A stretch of DNA of 64,000 nucleotides from the NCBI GenBank assembly GCA_043767465.1, contig JAYUGZ010000156.1, forward strand, positions 2,857 through 66,856, in the 5' to 3' direction. Positions 1-10,355 of this stretch are shown here, piece after piece. The stretch comes from Cyanobacteriota bacterium. GTDB taxonomy: Bacteria; Cyanobacteriota; Cyanobacteriia; Cyanobacteriales; Microcoleaceae. Numbering within the stretch: position 1 is the first letter of the stretch; every line of letters begins with the position of its first letter. The notes below the pieces were generated by a model. It did not search any database. It had not been told where the DNA came from and saw nothing but the letters and a program-made list of their open reading frames with translations. The position numbers were made by a program, and so were the translations under genes.

Positions 1-1363
1 GTATTGTTTCAATCGTTTGAGGCTGTCTGATTTTTTCAACAAAGTTAGCAATAGCAGAAGCGGCTATTGATGCTGTTCCCATACCTATGCCGATAACTGC
101 AATCCAATTTTCTAGACGCCTATCGCGCTCTGCTTCCTCTAAGTCTACAAGGCTTTGAATCGGATGCAGCAGGTTTTCTAATGCCTCTAACCCTGGCCTG
201 AGACTCGCGTAATCTTGCTCTACCTGTTTAATATAGCGGTTCTCAACCACTTTATTAAATTCTCTTATACCATCTAAATTTGTTTTGCCGAAAGGCTGAG
301 CTTGTGTTTCAATATGGTCAATTAAAAGCCGATGATTTTGCAATTGAGTTTCAATCGTAGTCAACTGAATTTTTAGATAGCTGAGATTAATTGCATAGTC
401 GGCGATCGTCCCGGCACTATTTTTGATAATCGCTTTAATTTCTTTGACAGCTATCACATTTTCTACTTCTATGTCCTCTACTTGCTGAGTTTGACCGTCT
501 TCATCTTTTTTTTTGTGGTTTGCTAGGAGTTTAATTTCGGCGAGAATGTTACGAATTTTGAGAAATCCTGTTTCTAACTCTCTTTTTAAAGATAATGCCT
601 GTTCCTGTGCCCAAAAAATTTTGTTTTGATATCCAAATAATTCTAACCAATATTGATTAAAATTTCCTGCCACCTGCTGAAATTCTTCATCTAGTTGTGT
701 TTCGGGATGCGGAATTTTTTTATCTAGTTGTGTTTCGGGATAGAGAATGATTAAAAATGCTCGCTCTGTTAAACTGTCTTTTGTTGGATAAAGAGAGCGT
801 ATCCAATAAAATTTTCCTTCGAGAAAGTCACCTGTAGATTTTTGCTCCCATTCCCAGCTAAGCCCTGGAGGAGTGGTTAAATCGCAGCGGATTATTTTAA
901 ATATCTCTTTAGCTAAATTTTCTGGTTCGCTTCCTTCGGGATAATAACCTGAAAGTAGCCAGGTTTTACCTAAGTTGCCTTGAGTATGAGATACTAAATT
1001 TTTGAGAGTTTGAAATGATTCGATTGGTTGAGATTGACTAGCTGGAATAATTGAGCTGTCAAACAGCAATCCATAAGTATCGCTAGAAATTACAGGCTGG
1101 TAAAATTGCTCTACTGAGTAGTCATTAATAAATTGGTTGGGAATTTCGCAATGATTGGGATCTGTGAGTAAAAAAGTAAACCTGGCTGACTTGGGTAAGT
1201 CATTTCTCTTAAGCGCCTCCTCAACTTTTTGCTTGATTTCAGGACTCGGAAAGTTATTCAAAAAAGCCCCTTGATTGGCCTGGACGTTTTGCTTATCAGC
1301 CCCCAACCCTTCTCCGAGTTGATAAACAAATAAATCCAGTGTCGGGTAAAAAACTTTATTCAT
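1..1363 (-). CDS. Membrane-anchored hypothetical protein, CATRA/CorA-like architecture; 3' end lies outside the window
   Basis: Absent from the ORF track because no stop falls inside the window. Read by hand from ATG at 1363: MNKVFYPTLDLFVYQLGEGLGADKQNVQANQ. The same frame at the window edge reads VDLEEAERDRRLENWIAVIGIGMGTASIAASAIANFVEK (hydrophobic helix). The start overlaps the upstream TGA (TGATG). Confidence 0.75.
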   Translation of the reverse strand, partial: MNKVFYPTLDLFVYQLGEGLGADKQNVQANQGAFLNNFPSPEIKQKVEEALKRNDLPKSARFTFLLTDPNHCEIPNQFINDYSVEQFYQPVISSDTYGLLFDSSIIPASQSQPIESFQTLKNLVSHTQGNLGKTWLLSGYYPEGSEPENLAKEIFKIIRCDLTTPPGLSWEWEQKSTGDFLEGKFYWIRSLYPTKDSLTERAFLIILYPETQLDKKIPHPETQLDEEFQQVAGNFNQYWLELFGYQNKIFWAQEQALSLKRELETGFLKIRNILAEIKLLANHKKKDEDGQTQQVEDIEVENVIAVKEIKAIIKNSAGTIADYAINLSYLKIQLTTIETQLQNHRLLIDHIETQAQPFGKTNLDGIREFNKVVENRYIKQVEQDYASLRPGLEALENLLHPIQSLVDLEEAERDRRLENWIAVIGIGMGTASIAASAIANFVEKIRQPQTIETI

Positions 1364-1821
1364 CACATACCGCGTCCTATTACTTCTGCTTCATTTATCC
1401 CATTTTCACTGTTCGTATTAGCATTTGATCGATCGGGCACCTTAGAAGATTTATAGGTGTTTAGATAACTAATATCACCCGCAACGTTCTCTAAAGGAGC
1501 AAAAGGGAGCAGCGAACTTGTATTTTGAATGGCCTTTCCGCGTTCCTGCCTATTATATTGTTCTTGTAGGCAGCAGCGCTCGTCTTGATAGAGTTTATAG
1601 AGGCGATCGTATTCTGGATTTTTCTCTGAATTTTCCTCTAGTGTGTCTGTGAGTTCGTAGAGATTTGCAAGTTGATCTACATTAGATGTGTTTGCTGCTA
1701 ACTGTTTGCCTACTTGATTAATTTGTATAATTAGTTCCTCTGGTAAAGGGGAGTCAAATTTCTTCAAAGCTTCTGAAAAAGCGTGGACGGTAATTGCATC
1801 TTCTTCTTGCATAGCACTCAT
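1363..1821 (-). CDS. Small protein (~152 aa) coupled to the CHAT protease gene; possible CATASP-like partner or substrate
   Basis: ORF track 1363..1857. The likely start is MSAMQEED at 1821, overlapping the protease TAA (TAATG). Helical N-half, low-complexity C-tail. Confidence 0.7.
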   Translation of the reverse strand: MSAMQEEDAITVHAFSEALKKFDSPLPEELIIQINQVGKQLAANTSNVDQLANLYELTDTLEENSEKNPEYDRLYKLYQDERCCLQEQYNRQERGKAIQNTSSLLPFAPLENVAGDISYLNTYKSSKVPDRSNANTNSENGINEAEVIGRGM

Positions 1822-4800
1822 TATTTCACCAAACCTGTAATTGTGAAACCAGCCCAATAGTAAGGATCGGCAAAGGGAGACTGGCTTGATTCCATTTTAT
1901 CTGTATTTTGCCGGATGGAATGCGCTTCAGATTTTAGATACTCGGCAAAACGTCGCGAACATCCTTTGATCTGACGGGCTAGTGTAGCATATTCCTCAGC
2001 TAGTTTGGGATAAGTCAGCGTACAAAGCCATTGCTGTGCTTCTCCCAAAGCTTGGGCTGGGTGTACACCTGCTTGAAAGCGTCGGTAGAAGTCGATGACG
2101 AGCAAGGCCGTAGAAAGTTCGTCAACTCTCCAAAGCGTACTGAGGACGTAGGCGGTTTTTCTGGCAAGGAAGCCACTAACCAAACCCACGAATTCATCAA
2201 TGAGGTTGTTGGTGCTGGTCAATCCTGTTTCGCAAGCAGACAGGCAAACTAAATAATACTCTCGTAACGGTAAATTTAGGAGATCGCGCAGAGTTAATTT
2301 TTCTCCATTTGCAAGAATTAATGCTGATTCAGCGGGGCAGTCGGTATCGTGTTCGCCGTGACCAGTGAAGTGCAGGATATCAGCCGGAACTCGTATGACT
2401 TCCAGAATGCGTTTTTTGGTTGCATCTTTATTCGCAATGCGATTTTCCTGGGGGATTTGATATAGATGCGCTAAGAAGATTGATTCTATTTTGGCAAAAC
2501 GCAATGTACTGCCGACATCAGGATGCTCAATGCTAAGCGGAGGTAATGTGGGAGTGGCTCGTAACCGTTCTAAGTTTAGTCCTAAATCGATGCTGGGCAG
2601 GCGGGAGATCGTGAATCCTTTGTCTCGAAATAGGTATTCTAGAGGTAGCAGGTGCAAATCTCGGTGAGGTATTAAAATCAGCTTTTTAATATCAGTTAGA
2701 TATTCATCTGTTATTTCCTTAATATGGAAAATTTCTGCAAGTTTATCCAGTTCTTCTAGCATTTTTTCTCGCCAGGGATGACTTGCTGGGGTGGGATTTT
2801 TATCTTCTGCTTCCAATAAAGTTTCGTCAGGCTCCTTTTTTTTGCCAGAGCGATAGTCTCGGTAAGTTTTTTTCCATTCTTCCATCCAGTATTCAAATCT
2901 AACCAACTGATTGTCATAAACACCGGAAGTCCCTTTAATAAAATCTTCTTCGGTAACTGTTGGCGTGGGAAAAGTTACTATCTCACTTCCCCAAGGCAAC
3001 TGTGTAGGCTTAGGATTTGTAAAAGCTTCATAGATTTCTTTGTTCTTAAGAACATAAACTTTTGGTATGTTCTTGTATTTGAGTACAAATATGGTAATAG
3101 CTGCTGGGCTAATATGCCAGTAAATTATCGCGGTCTGGGAATCTAATAATGATGCGACTTTGGTTGAAAAATCTACAATCGCCGGCTCATCTAAATCAGG
3201 TTTATCGTTGCTCCATTGATTAGAAGCTAACCAGTGGAGGCAAATATTTTTTCGCCATTCTGCAAACTTTAAAGCTTGCCACACTTTTTCTGATTCAGCT
3301 AAAGAATCTACCCGATATTGGTCAAAAGCGGCAAACTTTCTAGCTAACCTGGTTGTCTCTAATGGCATTTCTTGCAGTAAGCATCCTAGTAAGTCAGAAC
3401 CTTCTTGCTCAAAGTGTTGCACTTCATCTTTTTTGCCAAGGCAGCGACAGATTTTAACAAGTTTCTGTAGTACGCCAAGCCGTCGTTCTCGCAGTCGAGG
3501 CGTGGTGAAGCAATCCAGAGCTTTTCGATAAGCCTTATAGGCCCCCTCCCACCACCCACGCCACAATTCATAGTGAGGAAGGGAGCCAATATTAATTAAA
3601 GGAATTATGCCCCTAGAAGGGCCTTTTATATGTTCATACCGATAGCAGTCATCTCCTTTAATTTCATATAAAATCCCCCGACCTTCTTGGTAGTAATCAC
3701 CTTTTATCTCTTGAAGAATTCCGCTAGCATCTTGATAGAAAGGTGCATTGCGCCGAAGAAATTTCAACCCGATATCAGCAATTCTAGAGGGATCGCCACC
3801 AGCAACTCCTGTTTTTAGAGCAATATACCCCCAACTAGCCCATGCTTCCCAGAACTGTCCTTTAGTTAGACGCAGAGTGCGATGAAAGGCAATAATAGCT
3901 GCTTTGTCGTATTCTAACTTTCTAAGTTCTTCACCCAGATTAAACCAACCGAGATAGTCATCGGCTTGAGCTGGAGTATCTGCGTAGCGCGATACCAGCC
4001 CTTCTTCAAGATGTTGTAGCTTTTCCTGATAAGGCTTACGACAAGACTCAACGATTCTGTAATCAAAGCTCCACTTATTATTAGAATAGTAATATTCATC
4101 GAGAGCCTCTTTGTAGTTGTATATTTGATATTTTTGATAAGTTTGATCTATTCTCTCTTCAGCTTCTTTAATTGTTGATTCTATAATTTGCCGACCATAC
4201 TTTTTAGCAACTTCTCCTAACTCTCGGCAGCCGATTTCTTCCAGTTGAATCATAAGATATCCTTGGTCAAAATCAGGAGTACTCCACCCCTGTAGCTGTT
4301 GCCTGCCAAACTCATTCAGCCATCGGATGAAGTAAGAATCGTTTATGTGTTCGCCCAAATGCTCCAACACCTGTGGCTGCTCCCAGCCTTCATCTACTCC
4401 ATCTAGCAATTCTGTAAATAAGGTTCTGTACTCAATAAATTCATCTGTATCCCATTGTTTTAGTCTATAAAATTCTTTGGATAACAGGTCTTTTTTCTGC
4501 TTGCATGAAGCTTCTTCGACTAATTGCTCCAATAGATCGACTCCTTCATATAGTCGGTATTTCGCCTCTTTTGTTTTACCTAGCTCCCGACATACGGAGA
4601 GCAACTCTTGTAGAACCCGCAGATACCATTCTTGCAAGTTCGACTCGTTAAATCTTTCTAAAGCTTCCTGAAAACAAGTATGAGATTTTTGCCAATAATC
4701 AATCGGAATTTCTTGTTTTCGTGCTTCTGTAGCGTGAGCTAGACCCTCTCCATAATCTAGAATTCCATACTCCTTGTTATATTGCTCCGTAACAACAACT

Positions 4801-7397
4801 GCTTTAAGATACTTGAGTGTAAGATTTTGTTTCGCTTCACTGTAGTTTTGTATTGCTGCCTCGTAATATCCTAAATTTGAAAGTGCCTTACACATACCTA
4901 GCCAAGCCAAACTATTTTGATAACAAAAAAGAGCTTGATTGAAATAATAAATTGCATTTTCATTTAATTCTTTAGTCAGCAACGCATTACCAAAAGTCAA
5001 ATACGTTTGAGAATCACTAGGATTTTCTTCAATTGCTTTATTCCAAGATTCAAGAGCATCTTGGCAACGTTCTAAATCCCATAATATACTTCCCTTCTCT
5101 CTCCACAACTCAGCATCATTAGCATCCAAAACTAATGCTTGTTCATAGGCAATCAGTGCATCCGCATCCCGCCCTTGACTTCTGCGAAGGCTTCCCAGAT
5201 TTTTCCAATCGTGGAGGTTGTTAAAGTCCAAGTTAAGAGAATTATCAGTTTCATTGAGTTCTTCTTGACTAAACCCCAGATTAGATAATACTATATTGCG
5301 ATTCTTCAAAGCCGTTTCATCAGAAGGATTGATAGATAAAACACGATTAAAAGCATCCATTGCTTCTCTATAAAGTTTAAATCCATTTGCCAATATCGCT
5401 CCGTGAGTATTCCAACCTTTAGGACAATTAGAATTGAGGTTTAAAGCTTTTTTAGATGAATCAAGTGCTTCTGGGTATCGAGCTAAATTCATTAACGCTG
5501 TAGCCCGATTACACCAGGCATTATGATTGTTAGAGTCGAGTTCAATAGCAAAATCAAAACAGCTAATTGCTTCTTCATCTCTGTTTAGCTTATGTAGTGT
5601 AATTCCTTGGTTAATCCAAACACTGGAGTGTGTACAGTCAAGTTCAGTAACTCGCTTGAAAGAAGTCAAGGCTGCGTTGTAGTCGCCAGTATTGAGTTGG
5701 TGAGCGCCTAATGCTTGCCAAGCCAGGACATAATTAGGTTCTAGGTGTGGTTGTGGCAGTTTTTCGTAAGTAGCGATCGCCTCTTCATAGCGCCCTAAGT
5801 CATAAAGCGTATCGCCCCAGCTCTTCCAACTCTGCTGTTCTTCCTGTTTTTTCTGCTCTAATTTTTGTAACAGAAGGCGACTATTCTCTGTCCACTCTTC
5901 ATTTCCATTTTCGGCGTAAAGAATTGTTGCCTGATGATAGTGGTTAATTGCTTCGTCTATTTGATCTAATTTTTCATAGCTGGAACCAAGCATATAGTGA
6001 GAGCTGGCAACTCGATGTTTTCGATCCCCTTCTTGTTCCAAATGATTAGCCAGTGTTAAGTATGAAAAAAAACAGTCAATAGCTTCGGTATATTGCTGAA
6101 TATCGTCATGGAATAAGCAGCCAAGCGTCCAGAGAGCATTTATTTCAGAGAGGCGATCGCCCAATTCTGCCACTAACTCTAACCGCTTCTGCTGTTGATC
6201 TATAGCCTTCTCATAATCGTTCAAACCTCGGTAAATAGCGCTCAAATAGTCTAGCGCTTTGGCTGCCCATTCCTTATGGCTATTTTGCTCAAAGTACAGT
6301 TCTATTGCTGTCTGATAATGCTCAATTGCCTCTACCTGTTCTAAATTCCTATAACAGTGAGCAAGCATATAATGAGCATTTGCTTTCTCGATATGCTTGT
6401 CTTCTGCGACAGCAATAGCAGACCAAAAACTCTTAATAGCTTCTGGATATTGCTTCAGATCGAAATTCCAATTACCCAACTCATAAAGGGTACTACGTTC
6501 GCTATCTTTGTCGTCTAATTGCCGAAATAATTCTATTTGTTCCGCCATGTAAAAACATGGAAGTACCCCGTCACCACCCAGCTTTTTACAAAGATTTACC
6601 AACCAGCCTAATGTTTCCCGTTGGGCAGCGGTATCATTGAGGGTTTTTGTGAGGGCTAATCGTTGTTTAAAGTAGTGTAGGGCAAAATCGAGTTGACCCG
6701 CTTCCCAGCGATCGCACCCCAACCACGCTAGCGCCAGACTTTCCATTCCCCGATCTTCCACGTATCGAGCTATTTCTAGCATCAGGGTGTGGGACTCAAT
6801 CGCGCTTTGATACTTGCCTTGGTAGTATTGTGCTTTGCCGAGATTTTGCAGTACACTGCCTAGCACTTTTTGATCGTTAAATTCCTGTAAAATTTCTCTT
6901 TGATTCTGATATAACTCTTGTGCTTTACCATACTCCCTTTCAGCCAGATAGCTATCACCTAACTGGTTAAGCCACGTCCAAGCTTGCTCAGAATGTTCCT
7001 GGTTGCCCATTTTTCTAAACAGCCGATAAGCCTGACTCAAAGCTTCAATAGCCTCTGGCTGCATTTCGAGGGCTTTGTAGCTGTAGCCCAGATACCATTG
7101 GGCTGTCGCTTCTTGCCAAGAATTCTGAATTTCTCGCGCTACACTCAACCATTTCTGGCGATATCCCACAATTTGGCTGAATTGTCCTAGCTGATATAAG
7201 CAAACTACTAAATTTCTTAAGGCATTACACTCTTCACTGCGATCGCCTGTTTCTTCGGCGACGGATAATTGTTGCTCCAGGCGGGTAATTTCGCTTTCTT
7301 CCACACTTAGCCCCCGGTGTATGTATTCACATATAACCCGAATTATAGCATCTAGATCAGGTGCTGTTCGAGGCAGACAGCCAGTGGGCAGAAACAT
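1821..7397 (-). CDS. Large TPR-repeat protein with C-terminal CHAT (caspase-like) protease domain
   Basis: Many TPR-like repeats; CHAT motifs LILIPHRDLHLLP, ILHFTGHG (catalytic His), VCLSACETG (catalytic Cys), STLWRVDE, PYYWAGF. Confidence 0.93.
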   Translation of the reverse strand: MFLPTGCLPRTAPDLDAIIRVICEYIHRGLSVEESEITRLEQQLSVAEETGDRSEECNALRNLVVCLYQLGQFSQIVGYRQKWLSVAREIQNSWQEATAQWYLGYSYKALEMQPEAIEALSQAYRLFRKMGNQEHSEQAWTWLNQLGDSYLAEREYGKAQELYQNQREILQEFNDQKVLGSVLQNLGKAQYYQGKYQSAIESHTLMLEIARYVEDRGMESLALAWLGCDRWEAGQLDFALHYFKQRLALTKTLNDTAAQRETLGWLVNLCKKLGGDGVLPCFYMAEQIELFRQLDDKDSERSTLYELGNWNFDLKQYPEAIKSFWSAIAVAEDKHIEKANAHYMLAHCYRNLEQVEAIEHYQTAIELYFEQNSHKEWAAKALDYLSAIYRGLNDYEKAIDQQQKRLELVAELGDRLSEINALWTLGCLFHDDIQQYTEAIDCFFSYLTLANHLEQEGDRKHRVASSHYMLGSSYEKLDQIDEAINHYHQATILYAENGNEEWTENSRLLLQKLEQKKQEEQQSWKSWGDTLYDLGRYEEAIATYEKLPQPHLEPNYVLAWQALGAHQLNTGDYNAALTSFKRVTELDCTHSSVWINQGITLHKLNRDEEAISCFDFAIELDSNNHNAWCNRATALMNLARYPEALDSSKKALNLNSNCPKGWNTHGAILANGFKLYREAMDAFNRVLSINPSDETALKNRNIVLSNLGFSQEELNETDNSLNLDFNNLHDWKNLGSLRRSQGRDADALIAYEQALVLDANDAELWREKGSILWDLERCQDALESWNKAIEENPSDSQTYLTFGNALLTKELNENAIYYFNQALFCYQNSLAWLGMCKALSNLGYYEAAIQNYSEAKQNLTLKYLKAVVVTEQYNKEYGILDYGEGLAHATEARKQEIPIDYWQKSHTCFQEALERFNESNLQEWYLRVLQELLSVCRELGKTKEAKYRLYEGVDLLEQLVEEASCKQKKDLLSKEFYRLKQWDTDEFIEYRTLFTELLDGVDEGWEQPQVLEHLGEHINDSYFIRWLNEFGRQQLQGWSTPDFDQGYLMIQLEEIGCRELGEVAKKYGRQIIESTIKEAEERIDQTYQKYQIYNYKEALDEYYYSNNKWSFDYRIVESCRKPYQEKLQHLEEGLVSRYADTPAQADDYLGWFNLGEELRKLEYDKAAIIAFHRTLRLTKGQFWEAWASWGYIALKTGVAGGDPSRIADIGLKFLRRNAPFYQDASGILQEIKGDYYQEGRGILYEIKGDDCYRYEHIKGPSRGIIPLINIGSLPHYELWRGWWEGAYKAYRKALDCFTTPRLRERRLGVLQKLVKICRCLGKKDEVQHFEQEGSDLLGCLLQEMPLETTRLARKFAAFDQYRVDSLAESEKVWQALKFAEWRKNICLHWLASNQWSNDKPDLDEPAIVDFSTKVASLLDSQTAIIYWHISPAAITIFVLKYKNIPKVYVLKNKEIYEAFTNPKPTQLPWGSEIVTFPTPTVTEEDFIKGTSGVYDNQLVRFEYWMEEWKKTYRDYRSGKKKEPDETLLEAEDKNPTPASHPWREKMLEELDKLAEIFHIKEITDEYLTDIKKLILIPHRDLHLLPLEYLFRDKGFTISRLPSIDLGLNLERLRATPTLPPLSIEHPDVGSTLRFAKIESIFLAHLYQIPQENRIANKDATKKRILEVIRVPADILHFTGHGEHDTDCPAESALILANGEKLTLRDLLNLPLREYYLVCLSACETGLTSTNNLIDEFVGLVSGFLARKTAYVLSTLWRVDELSTALLVIDFYRRFQAGVHPAQALGEAQQWLCTLTYPKLAEEYATLARQIKGCSRRFAEYLKSEAHSIRQNTDKMESSQSPFADPYYWAGFTITGLVK

Positions 7398-7483
7398 TAC
7401 TGAGAGCGCGAGACCAACAATAAAGTTTCAATTGTGTTACTTTTGGTGTAGCGCAATGTTTAGAAAAATTCAGTCAGTTGCAC

Positions 7484-9202
7484 TCAAGTTTTCTCGTAAG
7501 CAGGTGGCCGATACTCGAATAATTCTTGCTCTCCCGCCGCAAATTTAGATTGATCGCCCCCAGAAGCAGGCCGAGCAAAGGACGCTTTGTTGCGAATCCC
7601 CTGGATATCTTCAGAAGAACGCTCAGACGACAGCACAAACTGAGTTCTCTGATAACGCAACTGGGCCAATTCAATTTTACCAGGTCGCCCTTCACAATAA
7701 GCTCGCTCAGCACAGCGTTTAACTGCGATCGCAATTTCAGCACTCGTTGCTCCGGCATAATCAGATAGTAGCGAATACCACTGTCTGTCGCTCCAAAGAT
7801 TCTCTTTTCCTTCCCCAAACTGCTCTGGGAAATACTTAGCTAAGTGCAAATTGAAAATCTCATAGCGAGCGCCGCTGTGTGGCAAATCCACAAACCAGAT
7901 TCCGCCGTCGTCAAATCTGCGGATAAGTTCAGCCGGCAGCATTTCTAAGCGGTTAACAGTAGCTAACATTAACACGGGGCTTTCATGCTCCTGCATCCAT
8001 GTGAGCAATTTCTGCGACAGCCGCCTAGCTACACCGCCGTCAGCATTTGATTCCCAGCCAGAAAAACCCTTGTCAAAATCGTCGAAAAATAGCACGCAGC
8101 CACCCAAATTATCGGCTGTATCCAGCATTTTATTGAGAGCGCGATCTGGATTAGAGGAACCTATAATATTGCCCCAACTTGCTGCTAAAAGCGCATAACC
8201 TAGCTTCTTAGCAGCTAGCTTTGCACTCAAACTTTTGCCAGTCCCCGGCGGTCCCCACAGCAGCATTCCTTTGGGAGGTCTGAGGTGATATTTCTTGGCA
8301 TCAGCTTCTGACAGCTTTACGACTTCGCTCAAATAAGCGTCTAATAAATCTAAACCGCCAGCATGAGGCACGTCTGGAGAAGCAATGAACTCCAACCCCT
8401 GGTCTCGAAGTTGCGATATTTTATGCTCCAATACCAACTGTGCGATTTGGACAACTGAAGCGGTCACAGAGAGCGATCGATCTAACACTAATTCAATTTC
8501 AGCCTGTGGCAGCCCTAGACTAGAAACAGCCAGCCGTTTTTTAGCAGCTACCGCATCTGAACCAAAATCAAGGGAACAATTGCGATCGCAAAAATTATCT
8601 ACAAGAACTTCGACTTCAAAGCGATCGGGTAACGGACATTTGAGTAGAGGAATTAATGGACTTAGCTTTGATGGCAGTTGGATGTACTCGCCCAAAAGTA
8701 TCCAATATTGGTTGGCCCAACGCCCTTTCAGCTCGGCCCAACGCCCTTTCAGCTCAAAAAATGCGTTAGCTAATTGAGAATAACGGCGGACAAGAGGCTG
8801 TTCGCTACTGCCTGACTCCAAAATATCCTCTAACAAAAAGATACCGGGATAGTCATTTTCCAGCAGAAATTGCAGGACATCGCTTTCGACAGATAGCTCA
8901 GTTTTGCAGAGGACGCATTCACTATTATACATCTCTGAAAAAGCATCTGAAACGCTTGTCATGTTTGAGTGAAAACCTAAATTTGGGAGATGTTTATCGA
9001 AACACTGTACCTGTTGAAGAGTTGACTGCACCTGTTGAAGAGTTGCATAGCCGGGATTCCAATAATAAACAGGTAAACAACACTCATTAGCGTACTGATG
9101 AAATGATGACAAAATTTTTTGGCGATCGGCACTGTAATATTCGAGGGCAATAATGGGAGTTTGAATAACTCTTAAGTTAGACCAGTTATTGAAAATCTTC
9201 AT
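7484..9202 (-). CDS. AAA+ ATPase, Ycf46-like
   Basis: GGLDLL, PPKGMLLWGPPGTGKSL (Walker A), VLFFDDFDKGF (Walker B variant), TVNR..LPAELIRRFD..WFVDLP. Confidence 0.85.
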   Translation of the reverse strand: MKIFNNWSNLRVIQTPIIALEYYSADRQKILSSFHQYANECCLPVYYWNPGYATLQQVQSTLQQVQCFDKHLPNLGFHSNMTSVSDAFSEMYNSECVLCKTELSVESDVLQFLLENDYPGIFLLEDILESGSSEQPLVRRYSQLANAFFELKGRWAELKGRWANQYWILLGEYIQLPSKLSPLIPLLKCPLPDRFEVEVLVDNFCDRNCSLDFGSDAVAAKKRLAVSSLGLPQAEIELVLDRSLSVTASVVQIAQLVLEHKISQLRDQGLEFIASPDVPHAGGLDLLDAYLSEVVKLSEADAKKYHLRPPKGMLLWGPPGTGKSLSAKLAAKKLGYALLAASWGNIIGSSNPDRALNKMLDTADNLGGCVLFFDDFDKGFSGWESNADGGVARRLSQKLLTWMQEHESPVLMLATVNRLEMLPAELIRRFDDGGIWFVDLPHSGARYEIFNLHLAKYFPEQFGEGKENLWSDRQWYSLLSDYAGATSAEIAIAVKRCAERAYCEGRPGKIELAQLRYQRTQFVLSSERSSEDIQGIRNKASFARPASGGDQSKFAAGEQELFEYRPPAYEKT

Positions 9203-9364
9203 GCGTTATACACCACTACTTACAGGAGATTTAACATAAAATTTAACTAATGTAATTAAAATTTAACTTCCTGCTAATGAGCGAAATACGCCCCCTCAAC
9301 TGGAGGGGGTAATTGTGCCTAACGGCACTCATAAATTGATGTTATGTAAGTTAAATTGTCAATC

Positions 9365-10081
9365 ATGGCCACAACTAAAAAACAAACAGCAGCCACTCCA
9401 AATCGCTCTCAGTCACCAGTGCCTGCTAAATCAAAACCGCCTGAAAAACAGAACAGTCAAACAGTCGGCAGTAACAATGGAGCTAAATCAAAACCTCAAC
9501 CTAACCTCAGCTCCGAGCAACTTGCTGGCGAGCTAGTCAAACAGATTCGCAATACAATTCATAAGAAGTACGGTGTGACAATTCAGCGTCGCGATAGCCG
9601 TATTTCGACAAAGGTTGGCCACGCAATTCGCGAAAAACTGGGATTGGATATTCAAGCTCAGTTGAACAAGCGCAACGGCAATGGCAATGGTAAAAAGTTC
9701 GACTGGCAAGAGTGGAACAATACTGTGTTTCCCAAGCTAGTTGGCCGGCCCGATGAACTCAAGTATGATGTCGAAGTTGTTGCTTTAGCGATGAGCCAAC
9801 TTTACGATACAATTGCTGACAATCCACAAGCTGCCATTGCCGATTTAATGGAGTTCAATGCTCAAAGCTTAAAGCGTCGCAACGAGTTAGCTAAATCCTC
9901 TGAAGAAGATACTGAAGAACTCGATGAGGATGACGATGATGACGATGAAGATGATGACATACTCGATGAAATTGATGAAGACGAGGAAGACGATGAAGAT
10001 GAGGAAAGCGATGAAGATGACGATGAGGAGGATGATTTTAGTCTAGACGAAGACGAGGAATTTGAGGAAGACGACGAATAA
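9365..10081 (+). CDS. Hypothetical protein with basic/disordered N-terminus and very acidic C-terminal tail
   Basis: ORF track 9356..10081, first ATG at 9365; about 50 of the last 60 residues are D or E; followed by a terminator. Confidence 0.8.
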   Translation: MATTKKQTAATPNRSQSPVPAKSKPPEKQNSQTVGSNNGAKSKPQPNLSSEQLAGELVKQIRNTIHKKYGVTIQRRDSRISTKVGHAIREKLGLDIQAQLNKRNGNGNGKKFDWQEWNNTVFPKLVGRPDELKYDVEVVALAMSQLYDTIADNPQAAIADLMEFNAQSLKRRNELAKSSEEDTEELDEDDDDDDEDDDILDEIDEDEEDDEDEESDEDDDEEDDFSLDEDEEFEEDDE

Positions 10082-10099
10082 TCGCTAAAGTTTGATTAG

Positions 10100-10131
10100 A
10101 ATGCTCTGCTGAAAAAGCAGAGCATTTTTTT
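10100..10131 (+). terminator. Intrinsic terminator
   Basis: AATGCTCTGCT-GAAAA-AGCAGAGCATT followed by a T run, just after the stop at 10081. Confidence 0.8.
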
Positions 10132-10355
10132 GCCTCTATCGAGGCCTTTTTCACGAATTGCGATTCAGGGTAATGATTGTCGCCACCGTCCGAATCAGGA
10201 CGCTCTGGGAAGCAGACCCAACAAATTCACAATCAAGGAAATTTTGACCTTGGTTGTGAATTGGATTTTACCCACCCACCCACCAACTAATTTTTTTGAA
10301 TTAATTGTAATTAGCGAACTGTCGTCGCTTTAGTTGTGAATAAAAAACACAAGGA

